The notes: generated by a model not told the origin, from the letters alone. DNA of 64,000 nucleotides from Diplonema japonicum (GCA_964019335.1 OZ025676.1:186001-250000), one strand, 5' to 3'. Counted from the stretch's first letter, positions 41,312-52,946 are shown. A program made the numbers and translations.

Positions 41312-42299
41312 TTTTATTTACCTGCATCGCCTTCATAATCTGCTCCCTCGACCCAAGCTCCTGGAAGATCTGCGGTGTGGCGAGGGGTTCCTCAGGCTGC
41401 GCCTCCCAATTGGTTATGAAGCGCATTTTAAGCGCCTGCGACGCTGTGAGACGCTTGCTCGGCGCGATGGTGAGCAGGCCCTCAACAAGCTCCTTCGCAT
41501 CTTCAGAGATGTTTCGCCAGCGTGCGTCGGGGAACAACACACCACGGTCGATTTTCTTGAGAAGCTCCTCACGCTCCGCCTTGGAGCGGATCTGCCCAGT
41601 AAAAGGGGGCGTCCCAGCAAGCATGATATAAAGCACAACGCCAATACTCCACATGTCCAAGAACTTAGCATCATGAGACGTTGTCAACAAAGGCCGCACA
41701 CCATGCATTTGAATTCCTCTGATAATCTCTGGAGCGATGTAAAAGGAAGTCCCGCATGGGGTGGCGTGGACCATGTCCTTGGAGAGGACCTTGGCAAGCC
41801 CGAAGTCAGCAAGACGGATGTCGTTGACATCATTGATGAGAATATTTTCGGGTTTTATGTCACGGTGCACAATGGAGTGGTCGTGGAGGTACTTGACAGC
41901 AAGAAGAAGCGCTTTGCACACTTTGGATGCGTCTTGTTCGCAAAGTTTCTTCTCGGTCCGGATCCACTCGTATAGGTCTGTGCCCATCTTCTCTAGTACC
42001 ATGTAGACGTGTTCGTCGGTCTCAGCGCATTCGTACATTTTGACGATTTGAGGGATGTTCACCCTTCGGAGGATCTCCTTTTCGTGGGCGACCATCTCGG
42101 CCTTCTTCCCGGTCAGGGTTTTTTTCGACATCACTTTTATCGCTCTTGGTTGGCCCGTGCGCTTGCACTTCGCGAACACCACCTTTGAAAACGCCCCCGT
42201 CCCGATCACGTCGCCTTCGTCAAACTCATAACAATCCTGGATATTGCTAATCCTCACCGCAGGCGACGCTGGTATCACGTCTTGACTAGAGCCAGACAT
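41024..42299 (-). CDS. CaMK-group Ser/Thr kinase, 375 aa; join(42299..41322, 41226..41118, 41064..41024)
   Basis: GTGAFS, AIK, HRDIKPEN, DFG, CGTSFYIAPE, DMWSIG. GT-AG introns 41227-41321 and 41065-41117 give an open frame ending PPMRKKNP*. Confidence 0.92.
41239..41303. repeat. (TA)n microsatellite inside a kinase intron
   Basis: About 32 perfect TA units. It produces the spurious YIYIYI ORFs on both strands. Confidence 0.95.
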
Positions 42300-42536
42300 T
42301 TTTTCTTTTTTTTTTTCCCCCCGAAAGTCTCTGTTCGCAGAATTTCTTTTCTTCCACCCGTGACCCCACCATGGGGGGGGGGGGGGGGGGGGGGGTTTCC
42401 CCACTATGGAACAGGATTTGCCAATCGACGAAAACAGCCGTAAATAAACCGGACAAGGAAAACGGTGGGAAAAAAAAACGAATAAAAAAAAAAAAAAAAA
42501 AACTACACTCATGACAATTTTTTGATCTCCGGGGCT

Positions 42537-43490
42537 CTATAGGGCAATTCGAACACCCAACCCAAGTTCCGCCTGAAGGTAGTCGTACGCTGGGAACGAC
42601 ACGGCCCACAACAACATGTTCCTCAAAAGAGCAGGGGCGACCCCGATGTAAAAGTTCGACATCCCACGCTGCTGTATTAAGGTGACAGACTGAAAGACAG
42701 AAGGGGAGATCATCTGCCGAGGCGACTCGTGCCACTTGAAAGGGTACGACGAGACCCTAATATGCGCAACTTCTAATGGGTGGGAGAAGAACGTTTTTGC
42801 AGCTCCTGCCAAGGCCCCCGCCACTGCCATATCAGTGGTGGTAAGCCGTCTGCAGTGCGTTGCCCAATAAAGGTAATATTCATAAGTGGAGAAAAAAGCA
42901 GCCCAGCCAACGACCCCAACTGCCATGTACCCTTGAACGTATGATAAGGCGTCCCACCCCAGCCATTTTATATTGGACTTTACGGTACGCCGTGGGGTAT
43001 AATTTTGGATTTTTGCCATTTCTTGCTGAATGAGCAGCTGGTTCAGGACTGTTTTAAAACAGGCTTCTGTACCCCCGATAACAGCCCCGGCAACTATACC
43101 TATTCTGAGTAATTCAAGAAACATGTCTTGGGTTGAAAAGATTGCCCGATTCTGACCCTGGCAGAAAAGTCCGGTGTTGAACTTGTCGTGAGTGCATCTT
43201 ACGATTTTTGTTTTTTCGTAAATAAGAGGTATCATCAGTCGCATGCAACATGCCTCCACTGCAGTGACCGTCCACCCCCTCATCAAGCCTTCCTTGATCG
43301 CTTTCTTCACTATCCCTCTTTTTACCCCGGACTCTCTCAGGCCGTTCTGAACTAGTCTCACCTTCAATACTTCCAATGGGTGAACCGCCAGGCTGGTTGC
43401 CGCCCACACCCCTGCGCCTAGTATTATGTTTTCCTTCTTTTCGCTGAAGAAGAGTGTTGGGTTTCTCCCCTTGGTCATGAAGAAATCCAT
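42537..43490 (-). CDS. Mitochondrial carrier family (SLC25) protein
   Basis: Px(D/E)xx(K/R)x(K/R) signatures HPLEVLKVR and HPLEVAHIR, plus FYIGVAPALLR. About 300 aa; the second-repeat signature is degenerate. Confidence 0.85.
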   Translation of the reverse strand: MDFFMTKGRNPTLFFSEKKENIILGAGVWAATSLAVHPLEVLKVRLVQNGLRESGVKRGIVKKAIKEGLMRGWTVTAVEACCMRLMIPLIYEKTKIVRCTHDKFNTGLFCQGQNRAIFSTQDMFLELLRIGIVAGAVIGGTEACFKTVLNQLLIQQEMAKIQNYTPRRTVKSNIKWLGWDALSYVQGYMAVGVVGWAAFFSTYEYYLYWATHCRRLTTTDMAVAGALAGAAKTFFSHPLEVAHIRVSSYPFKWHESPRQMISPSVFQSVTLIQQRGMSNFYIGVAPALLRNMLLWAVSFPAYDYLQAELGLGVRIAL

Positions 43491-44067
43491 TTTTTTTTTT
43501 TTTTTGCCTCGCCCTCCCCTGGCCGCCTCCTTTTCTCCCTGCGCCTGGTTGTTGTGTAAGATGGAATGTTGCGGACGAAAAATCAGTGCTTTGGGGGGGG
43601 TTTTTTTTTATATTAAAAAAAAGAAGGGGGGGGAGGGGACAAAAAAGCGTAAGTATCAGTAAATGAAAACAGATTCCCCGCATGGCGAAGGGATCGATGT
43701 CGGGGGTGCCTGTTAGTATAAAAAAAAAAAAAAAGGAAGGTGGAATGGGGAGCCAAACAACAGAGCAGGGTATTTCTTTTTTTTATTAAAAGTTTGCTTC
43801 TTTCTTTTTTTTTCTTCCCCGAGAACTTTTAATGAACCTGGGGGCTTAGGTGAAATACGGATCCCCGTGGATTTCAGGGGGGGGGGGGGGAGAAGAAGAA
43901 AGCTATTTATTCACAACAAATAATGTATTTTTTTCTGTCACACGAGTGAAGGACATAAAAAAAAAACTCACTAGCGCCGGCCGAAGACTGAGCGTGAATT
44001 TCTTTTAATTCAAGAGAGTGACAGAAAACTCATTGGGGCGTTGGGGCGTGAATAAAGTTGCTGAAGC

Positions 44068-47000
44068 TTTTTTTTTTTTTTTTTTTTTTTTTCCCCTCTC
44101 CTCAATTTTTACTGCCATACGTCCCTTTAAAAAAAAAAAAGGCCCGAAAAAAAAAAAAACTCGATCTATTTTTGCGGTGCGCTGGTTGGTGCCCACCGTG
44201 GACGGGGGATCCTACACGTGCCTGTCACCATTCTGCGGTTGCATCCTGGTGCCGGCCGTCGGGGTTTGCCTGTCCGTCATGGACGGCATCTGCGCTAAGA
44301 ACATCGGTCGCAGTCCCTCCAAATAGGGGGCTGTTTGGGTTGACGAGAACAAGGGTCTCTTGTCGTAGCCATGCATCGCTGGTGCGCCCAGGTTTCTCAG
44401 GGAGTGTACTCTGGTCATCCTTCTTGCCGGGAAGCCGCTTTTGTTGCCCTTTGCCGCACATGCTTGCACTCTATTGAGGATGTACCGCAGACGTGCGGCT
44501 TTTCTCCAACAGACTGCTCTCCCCATGTTCCCCGTATAAGGATATACCGGTCGTCATCTCAAAATCAATTGCCAGCTCCATCGTGGTGATTGACGTCTTC
44601 TTCGATCCTAGGTACCACCTCAGACCTTGCAGCCAGGGTAGCACATGTTTCAACTGCTTTTTCAGTATCTCACCCGTTGCTCCGTGCGCAACAAGCATCT
44701 CCTCCGTCGGTACCGGGCATCTTGTTCCGGTCGTCGTCCTTCCAAGGATATGGTCTTATAACATGCACCGTCCTCTCCGCTGCTCTACTGTCACGCAACG
44801 CCACCACTCGCACCAGGTAGCTCTGCACCAGTCGCGCTTGTTTCTGCACTTCCGCTCCCGTTCCTCTCACCACTACACCGTGTAGCGCCGTTGCTTTCGG
44901 CAGCCCTTCTCTTTTGACCTCCGCGTACACACTTTCCTGCTGCGCTTGTCTCGCAGGGGCACACTCCCACAGCGCGTGCTCTGTGATCTGCTCCGTCGTC
45001 TCCGCCTGGTGGTCGCAGACATCACATGTGAGCTTGTCTGCCACATCAAGCTTCTTGCTCCATACTTTTGGGTGTACCGTGAAGATCGCTCCACAGATGA
45101 CCCTCCTCGTTCTGAAAGCACTTAGCGGGTGTCTGGCCAGTGTTTTTCTCCACATGCTGTTCGTAAGAGGATGTGCCCCCTTCTCTGCGTCCTCAAACGT
45201 TGGTCGACAGCTTACGAGTTGTTTCATGATAGCAGGTCTCAGCACCTCCCTCACCTGGTGCTTCCTCTCGTGCGCCGACTTCTCGTACAGGCCCTCCATG
45301 AACTGCCACTTCTTCTCTACTAGCGGTAGCCACCTGCGTACGGCCGTTCCCACTGGCCCCACTGCTGGTAGCTCCGTATCTTCATATATCTGAGCTATCT
45401 TCTTGATTCGGCTCCATAGCTCCTCCGACCCTCTCCCCTCTCTCACGATGCAGTTGATCGCGGTGTAGCAAACTTTCGCTTCAGGTAGGGCTGTGTGGCC
45501 AGGTAGCGCTGAGTAGGGCAATCGGGTTCCTCATCGTAAAGTGCGGGCCCCACAAGGCCTTCGCAGCCGCCGTCCTAAGTCTTTTCAGCAGGTCTTCAGA
45601 CGGCTCAGCGTACGTCGCTCCGTATAGGCATGCTGGCAGCACCGTGCCGAGTAACATTTCCGTCTTGTTATGAAACGTGAGTGGTAGCGCGCCGAGTCGC
45701 GCAAGTTCGTCTTCCGCCGATTTTGTCTTCGTGAGTCGGTGTTTCCCGTCTGTGCATAGCATTACACCCAACGACTTCACCTCTTGTTTGACCTTGAAGG
45801 ACATGTCAGAGCATTCTAACTTCTCCTCTAGTTCATCCGTTTTTGTGGTGAACGCATGTGATTTGTCCACATTTAGTAGCATGCCCGTTGCGTTACAGAA
45901 CTCCACCGTTTTTTCTGCTGCAGCTTTGAGGGCCTTCCTGAGAATTGCGAGCAAGTAGGCATCATCGGCGTATGATAAGGACCATGCCCCCGGCACTTCA
46001 ACTGTCACACACCTCACCATCACCGACACCATCGCGTTCACCATGATGACGGATATCGGGCAGCCTTGTAGAATCCCGTTCGTCACACGGAACTCGCGCC
46101 CTACACCGATTGGGAACCGGAAACGTCGTTTCATGCGCGCGTACATCCCTCGTAGCGGCCTCAAGATTCGGCCGTGCATTCCTAGGTCTTCCATCAACCC
46201 AAACGCCACCTCCTGCGGGATGCGATCAAAGCACTTGACAAAGTCTAGCGCTAAACCATTCAGCGGTATTTGATGTAGCAGCGCCTCCTCCAGTTGCGTG
46301 CTGAGCTCCATTAGCAAGCTGTCGGTTCCTCTTTTCGGCCTGAAGCCATGCTGCGTTGGGTGTATCCATCCTTCCTGCCACGGAATGATGTTCTGTAGCC
46401 TGGCACATGCCCACAGCCTGTAGACCGCGCTTGTCACTGTTATCGGTCTGTGGTTCAGCGGCGTCTTCTCTCCGCCTTTCGGCACTAAGGTGACAAGAGC
46501 TGTGAGCAGAGCCTCTGGCCATCTGCCACTTACCTCAATCACATTGAACATCTTTGCCCACGCATCAAGCAGCACTTGTGGCATGGCTCGTAGCTCCGCC
46601 ATTCTCCATCCATCGACACCTGGAGAGGTCTTCTTTGTTTTCTTCATCAGCACCTCTCGCAAGTCGCTCCCCGTCAGCGGGAGCAAGGCCATCTCGTTCT
46701 TCTCGATGTATGCACCGTATCGTTCTTTGAAGTCTTGGTACTTCGGCTCTCCGCCCTCTTCGTACAGGCAGAAGATCCTGTCCCATTCCTCGTGCATCAT
46801 CCCATCCATCTCTCTGAGGTCCGCCGTCATCGCCCCCTCGCTGTTCGCCACGGCTTGTGCTCCTGCCGTTTGGGAGTTCCTCACAAAGGCCGTCATCCTC
46901 CGCCTTTCCTCGCGGAAGTGTGTGTTCAAACGCTCTTCATACTTTGCTTCCCTCCGCATTCTCGCTCTCTTGTCAAGCTCCCGCACCCTTTGTGCTAGGG

Positions 47001-48135
47001 CTTCGTCCAGCCGTTGTACTTCAATCAGTGCCTCGTCCAGGTCCCCTTTCAGCAGGTCCCTTTCTGTCTCCAAGTTCCAATCTAGCTTCCGGACGCCTTC
47101 ACACACGTTTTTCCACGTGTTCATGGTTGCGTTCGCCAGAGCTCCAATCGACCCGTTTCTCAACACTGTCGTCAGCTCCTTGTCAAGGTGTCGTGTTTTC
47201 CTCATGATTGCACTAGCAGCTTTTTGCTTCCCCACCACCGCTCCTATCGCCCCTCTGGCGGACTTCGCTGTGATGCATCTCTCCACGGGCTTGTTCACTG
47301 CCGCTCTCCCTCTATATGGCCGTTGTTGTTCCACTCCCGTAACACCATATCGCTCGGTCAGGTCAGCTAGCTTTGTGTAGAGCTTGTCCGTGTCACCCTC
47401 TTGACAAAGCTCGTCATATCCCGCCTCTTGGAGTAGTCGTTCCGCAAGTTCGTCGTCACGTTTCATCGGCAGCTCTTTTGGTACGAAGTACCTGAAGGTG
47501 CGCTGTTTGATCCCCGGTATACATATTTTGACTGACAGGCACCTATGCTCGTTTGTATGCACCGTGTCGTGGACCCATGTTCGTTGCAACCCGGCAGCAG
47601 CTATCGGGTTGAGTAGGGCGTAGTCAATCCTCGTTCGTGTGTTCGTTGCTTGCCTGACGAATGTGTGCTCAGGCCCCTTGTCCTCATCCAGTGCCTGCAG
47701 TGCCGCTGCGTCGACCCAGTCGTTGGCGACAGCTTGTTGTAGAACTGGTGAGTCCTGCACCTCAGTGTTCATGTCTCCCAGAACCATAATGGGCACCTCT
47801 CCCAGCAGGCTTCGCATCTCGTTCAGAATCTTGTCCAGCAACCGTTCTCTCTTCGTCTTGTTCTGGTGCCCAGAGTGGCAGCAGACCACGAACAAGTGTA
47901 GCCATGTGTCTCGTCCGTCGAGATTGACCATTGCATGTAACCACCTGCCGTCCTCTTTCGCCGATGCAGCTTTCTGCAGTATGGTTGGTCTGTTCTCGCC
48001 CATTGTCCTTTCAACGCCTCTAGGTCATGCTTGGTCTTCGGTGATGCAAATATCGCCCTCCTGTTCCATCCGATCACCGCCTTTGTCCTCCCGATGGACC
48101 GTAGTGTGTGCACCCTTGTGCTCAACTAAACTACC
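44068..48135 (-). mobile_element. Non-LTR retrotransposon (APE endonuclease, RT, Cys/His domain), frameshifted copy with a putative poly(A) end
   Basis: EN motifs GDMN, TRIDYAL, EH. RT motifs PGVDG, RPITV, QHGF, LDFVKCFD, QGCPIS, YADD. CDVC...EHALWEC motif in ORF 44670-45521. Frameshifts near 48040, 45510, 44700 and 44490. A-run on the minus strand at 44068-44092. Confidence 0.93.
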
Positions 48136-48148
48136 GTTGTGTGTCGCA

Positions 48149-48466
48149 TTAAAGAGTGTACACCAACTGTTTTCTTTCAGACAAGATGGTGCTCTGCGCC
48201 TCCAGTCTAATCCGCTCCAAGGAGTTTTCTAAGTTGCTAATATGAGCTTGTTGGGCTGTTTTGTGCTCTGATCGAACACGACCAACCTTCACCCATTGCC
48301 GCTTTCTGTGGATTTCTGCCAGCCTGAGGTTAGGGTGCTCGGACGTGATGCGCTTCGTCTTCAGATTGAGGTACTGCTTTGTGCCATCTGACTGTGTTTG
48401 CGCCGACCATTCGGAGTCCAAGGGTACCTCCGTCAGGCACACTTTTGTCATCTTTTCTTCCCACAT
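48149..48466 (-). CDS. Small WW-domain plus coiled-coil protein (both ends uncertain)
   Basis: PLDSEWSAQTQSDGTKQYLNLKTKRITSEHP matches the WW pattern, followed by a helical tail. Confidence 0.65.
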   Translation of the reverse strand: MWEEKMTKVCLTEVPLDSEWSAQTQSDGTKQYLNLKTKRITSEHPNLRLAEIHRKRQWVKVGRVRSEHKTAQQAHISNLENSLERIRLEAQSTILSERKQLVYTL

Positions 48467-48641
48467 CTTCCACTCCTTCTTAAAGTTCGATTCTTCTTCT
48501 GTACCATCAGACCCACACCTCCAAAAAAAAAAATCGGGCCACGGTCAAAGTAATCATCTGAAGGATTCCACATTTACTGGGCACAGTTCTTGCCAATTCA
48601 AAAGAACAAAATGAAGGGAAAAAAAAAAAAGAAAAAAAAAA

Positions 48642-49763
48642 CTATTGCACTGAAGCTGGATCTTGTGCCAGTTTAGGGCGCGAACGACGGAGCTTCATGG
48701 GATTCGAAGGCTTCGGGATGGGCGCCGGCCGTGCAGCATTTTCCGGAGCAACAGTTTGGCTTACAGGTTCAGGGGCGGGGTCTAGCTCTGTGTCGCAAGT
48801 GGCTATCAGACTAGAAAGGTGCTCTTTTACCTCGGATGTGGTCAGCACCTGCCCAGGGACAACTTCAGTGCTTTGACCTGGTTTAAGGAAAGGATGCTTG
48901 AGACATTTACGTGCAGTCGGTCGGTCAGACGCGTCGACAGAAAGAAGCTCAGAAATGAAATCCTTCGCATTTTCCGACACCGTTATCCACCTGCTATTGG
49001 GGAACAACACCCCCCTGTCGATTTTCTTCAGCAGCATCGTTCTATCTTCTTGCGTCTTCACCGCCCCGTAAAACGGAGGGACACCGCTGAGGGAAATGTA
49101 GCAAACGACACCGGTGCTCCAGACATCGATGAACTTCACCTCCTCTCGGGTTGTATTTCTGGGTTTAAGTCCTTGCAATTGAATTCCTCTAATAACTTCT
49201 GGTGCCATGTAGTAGGAAGTTCCGATTGGGGTTGCATTTACAGTGTAGGCTTCTAAGATTTTGGCAACGCCAAAATCAGCAAGACAGACATCATCAACAC
49301 CATTGAGCAGGATATTCTCTGGTTTAATGTCTCTGTGCACAATGCAATTGTCATGGAGGTACGAAACACCTTCGAGGACCGATTTGATTATCTTTGATGT
49401 ATCTGACTCTGTCAGTGTCTGATTCGCCTTAATGTGTTCATAGAGGTCGGTCTGCATCCTGTCAAGTACCATGTGCACGTGAGTGGCCGTTTCCACACAT
49501 TCGTACAATTTGATTATGTTGCGGTGCTTGGAAAACCTCAAGATCTCCCTCTCGTGGCACATCATGCTGTACTTCTTGCCCTTCAGGTTCTCCCTCTCGA
49601 ACACCTTGATCGCAACAGGTTTACCGGTTTCCCTCACCGACCCGGCCACTACCCTTGCAAAACCCCCCACTCCAAGCACATCCTCATCATCCACATCGTA
49701 CTTTGTTGAAATATCGTCGCACTGAACCACAGGCGAGGGTTCTATCTTTTCTTGCGTGGTCAT
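48642..49763 (-). CDS. CaMK-group Ser/Thr kinase, paralog of 41024-42299
   Basis: GVGGFA, AIK, HRDIKPEN, DFG, GTSYYMAPE. Shares LLKKIDRGVLFP with the paralog. Intronless. Confidence 0.93.
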   Translation of the reverse strand: MTTQEKIEPSPVVQCDDISTKYDVDDEDVLGVGGFARVVAGSVRETGKPVAIKVFERENLKGKKYSMMCHEREILRFSKHRNIIKLYECVETATHVHMVLDRMQTDLYEHIKANQTLTESDTSKIIKSVLEGVSYLHDNCIVHRDIKPENILLNGVDDVCLADFGVAKILEAYTVNATPIGTSYYMAPEVIRGIQLQGLKPRNTTREEVKFIDVWSTGVVCYISLSGVPPFYGAVKTQEDRTMLLKKIDRGVLFPNSRWITVSENAKDFISELLSVDASDRPTARKCLKHPFLKPGQSTEVVPGQVLTTSEVKEHLSSLIATCDTELDPAPEPVSQTVAPENAARPAPIPKPSNPMKLRRSRPKLAQDPASVQ

Positions 49764-49989
49764 TTATTATTTTTTTTTTCTTTTTTTTTCTTTGTGTGTG
49801 TGGACCGCCCTCCTGTTGTAGATAAATAACTGTAAGAAAAAAAAAAAAAGCTCCAGGACCGCCTTGCGTTTTTTCGGATTTTTTTCTCTCTCCCGCCGAA
49901 TGCTCCGGCAGCCATACCCGCAGACACCAGGTTGTCATGTAATAAAGCCAACAAAGGCTTCCCCCACGGTACGTGCATCCTACATAAGC

Positions 49990-50090
49990 AACGAAGGGTT
50001 TCCCCTTGCACTCCATCAAGTACTAACGATTTCGAGATGTCCTTCCATCGCTGCCGAGCTAACGAGAACCATAGCAGTTCTTGACGCGCC
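49990..50090 (-). pseudogene. Decayed ankyrin-repeat fragment
   Basis: RTAMVLVSSAAMEGHLEIV, a 1-nt frameshift, then YLMECKG. Matches AAxxGHLEIVxYL. Confidence 0.45.
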
Positions 50091-50209
50091 CTTCGACCTC
50101 CATAAAGTATCAGAAATTACATTAGAGTGTTAAACCTGTTAGTAATGTTTACGAATGCACAGGGGCCGCCGAGTGGCTACAATGTACAATAAAAAAATGA
50201 CAAGAGTCT

Positions 50210-51064
50210 CTATGTAGTAACGGAGTCGAAGAGGTGCGTTTGGTTGGGGACGAGATTCGAGACCAAGGTTTGGAGTGTTGCCTCCTGCGCCTCGAGGATG
50301 GTCCGTCGCTTTTTAAGAGCAACGGACTCGGGGTGGAGGGATAGGTGTTCCTGCTGTGCAGTGATGACGTCCACCTCCTGATGGAGGAGAGCGAACTGTT
50401 TTCGGCACCAGCTCACCAACTCAGAGTTGTCCCCAAGGTTCCTGGTGGGTGTGGCTGCTTTTATGCTTCGTGTCGTTTGACCAATCGGAAGCTGCGGTGT
50501 GGGGGCTGCTGGGCTGCGTTCTTTAGGAGGCGGTGACATCCCCGGTGGCCTCCAAGGCGGCCGTGTGGGCGACACACCTCTTGTGTCCTCCGTACTTGCC
50601 TCTTGGGCACGGTTCTCCGAACCCCTCCTCCCTCTCTCAGCTCTTTTTGGTCGTTCCGGAGTGACCATCATTGGTGACGGCGGCAATGGTGACCTTTTCC
50701 CCACAGCATTAGTGCTCTGAGGAGGTGCTGCTTTCAGTTGCGGCGGTGCCAGCAACTTCGGCGATTGGTGGTGATAGCTGCTTGGTAGTTCGCTTCTCTC
50801 GGTGTAGCTTTTTGTGAGTGTAGCAGTGCCCCTTCGAGGGGTCGTGTGCCGTTCCCTCTCCGGGCTCTTGAAAGGATCGTCAAGGTACACAGCCCGTGTA
50901 GGCGAGGGGCTGCCGTTGAGCATCCGCAGACCCGACAGAGCTTCGCATAAATCTGCACTCGCCCGCAAGCACTGTGGGCTGATTCCCTCTAGCTGCGTGG
51001 TACTGGCACTGGGCGTCGCCGTCTGCCTGTCCGATGAGGTGTCTGACACACAACCGTCGAACAT
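50210..51064 (-). CDS. Pro/Ser/Thr-rich hypothetical protein with a C-terminal coiled coil
   Basis: Open frame of about 285 aa with coding-like composition and no homopolymers. First ATG at 51064, just after an ACGCAG acceptor-like site; an upstream exon is possible. Confidence 0.65.
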   Translation of the reverse strand: MFDGCVSDTSSDRQTATPSASTTQLEGISPQCLRASADLCEALSGLRMLNGSPSPTRAVYLDDPFKSPERERHTTPRRGTATLTKSYTERSELPSSYHHQSPKLLAPPQLKAAPPQSTNAVGKRSPLPPSPMMVTPERPKRAERGRRGSENRAQEASTEDTRGVSPTRPPWRPPGMSPPPKERSPAAPTPQLPIGQTTRSIKAATPTRNLGDNSELVSWCRKQFALLHQEVDVITAQQEHLSLHPESVALKKRRTILEAQEATLQTLVSNLVPNQTHLFDSVTT

Positions 51065-51263
51065 CTTACCAACCACCTGCACTGCGTGGGAAAAAAGGAA
51101 AAAAAAAAAAAAACTAAATACTAGGACCAGCTATTCTTAAAACATACAAGAACTAGTTTGGCGCTCGTGGAGCGGAACTAGAAAAAAGAATGGCTTACTG
51201 GGTTAGCCACCTCTCCCTTTCTTTTTTTTTCTTATTTTGTTTTTTTAGACAAAAAATTCAAAA

Positions 51264-51295
<32 letters not shown>

Positions 51296-51320
51296 AAAAA
51301 AAAAAAACCATTTTTCACGC

Positions 51321-52346
51321 TTACACATAACCCTTTGCTTTCCGCCACTCGGCAAGCTTCGGATCATTCTTGATGCTCATCATGCCCTCCAATTCAATGG
51401 GGGATGGCTCTTGTTTATCGTGTATGTGTCCTTTGTGCAAGTGAGAAATAGGGTGTATCTCAGGACTAAGGAGTGAGCACGAAGGTGGGTGCAGCTTTGC
51501 CAACCGCTTGGAGATTCTAGAGATGTCCTCGGGGGTGAAGGTCCAACCGCGGAATGTAGAAAGCCGGGTGGCAAGGGAAGCGACGATATCAGCGGGGGTA
51601 CGACTGGTGGCGTGAGGGAGGGTGTAAAATACATCTTCATGCACCGCAGACTCGATGGCTGTGAAACAACGGGACCACTGTGTAGCAACACGGACCCACT
51701 CAGAAGGGTTCTGCCAATCATCCTCCCGGAACATGCGCGCACCCTTCGGAAAATGTTTGGTAACACACAATTCCGGATCATTCAAATCGTCGTCAGCAAT
51801 GTACAAGGTCCAGTTCCCCTGTGCGCGTAGACTGCGGGCTATATCTGGAAGGTCTCGGTGAGTTCCAACCACTAAATTGACGTTTGGAATAGAAAGAGGA
51901 GCCTTTGTCAGATCTGTCCATTCAGGCAATTTATGTATCTTTACTAAGATAGATGCACGAAGGCCACGGAGGTAGTCCATAGGGGGTCGCGTCTCGTTGC
52001 AAGCATGCTCAGCTTTGGACTGTTTGGTGCCGATTTGAGAGGGCATCGCGGATAGCTCGGTATGCCATCCGGAGATAGTGTTGGGATCGACTTCGTTTAA
52101 CAGCAACCTTAATGCGTTGAAGACTAAGGTAGACCCGCTGCGGGGCATGCCTGCTACAACTACGGTAAGCGTTTCGTACTCACTGCTAGCTGCTTGCTCG
52201 TAACATTTCCGCCGTGTGCTGTCGGATTGCAGCAGCTTTCTCGTTGCCTTTTCACACCGGTCCAACGATTCTCGAAAACCAATCACATAAACAGCCCAAG
52301 CTAACAAGAAACTAAAAAGTACTCTCCTGATTGTTGACGGTTTCAT
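51321..52346 (-). CDS. Sulfotransferase-like type II membrane protein
   Basis: N-terminal anchor, PAPS-binding loop VAGMPRSGSTLVFN, and 3'-phosphate-binding-like THRDLPDIARS. Confidence 0.75.
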   Translation of the reverse strand: MKPSTIRRVLFSFLLAWAVYVIGFRESLDRCEKATRKLLQSDSTRRKCYEQAASSEYETLTVVVAGMPRSGSTLVFNALRLLLNEVDPNTISGWHTELSAMPSQIGTKQSKAEHACNETRPPMDYLRGLRASILVKIHKLPEWTDLTKAPLSIPNVNLVVGTHRDLPDIARSLRAQGNWTLYIADDDLNDPELCVTKHFPKGARMFREDDWQNPSEWVRVATQWSRCFTAIESAVHEDVFYTLPHATSRTPADIVASLATRLSTFRGWTFTPEDISRISKRLAKLHPPSCSLLSPEIHPISHLHKGHIHDKQEPSPIELEGMMSIKNDPKLAEWRKAKGYV

Positions 52347-52946
52347 TCCTCCCCTTCCTTTCCTTTTTTTTTTGTGGGGATTTTTTTTTGGAAGAGGAAA
52401 AAAAAAACTTTTAAAAAAAAGTTCGGGGGGGGTGTGTGCTTTTTTCCCCCTTCTCTCCTCTCTCTTTAAAGTCTCTTCTTTTTTTTTTTTTCCGGCTCAA
52501 AAAAAAAAAAAAAGAAGAGGGGGAAAAAAAAAAAAAAAATACGTTCTAGTGCGGTTAGGTTGTGCACCAGCGGATTCTGTTTTAATGTCCCCGGCTGCTA
52601 TGAGGGCGTTCTCTCCCTGTAGCCTTGCATAAGAATCAACCGTGTTGATGCATGTGTGTTCGGACTCAGAAAAAAAAAAAGGGGGGGAAAAAAAAGTGAA
52701 CGTGAATAGAATCAAAAAAAAAAGCAAGACATTTTTAAGGTTTGCACTTTTTTCGCATTCCTACGGCTTCACCCCAAATAAAAAAAAGAAAAATCTTTCG
52801 GGCGGTCCCTTAATATATTTTTAAGGTTTTTGTTTTTTTTTTTTTTTATATAAACTAGAATTAAAAGAAGAAAAAAAAAAAAAGAAAACACTATTTTTTT
52901 TTTTTTTTTTTTTTTTTTTTCCCCACACTTTTTCCCTCGACCCTTT

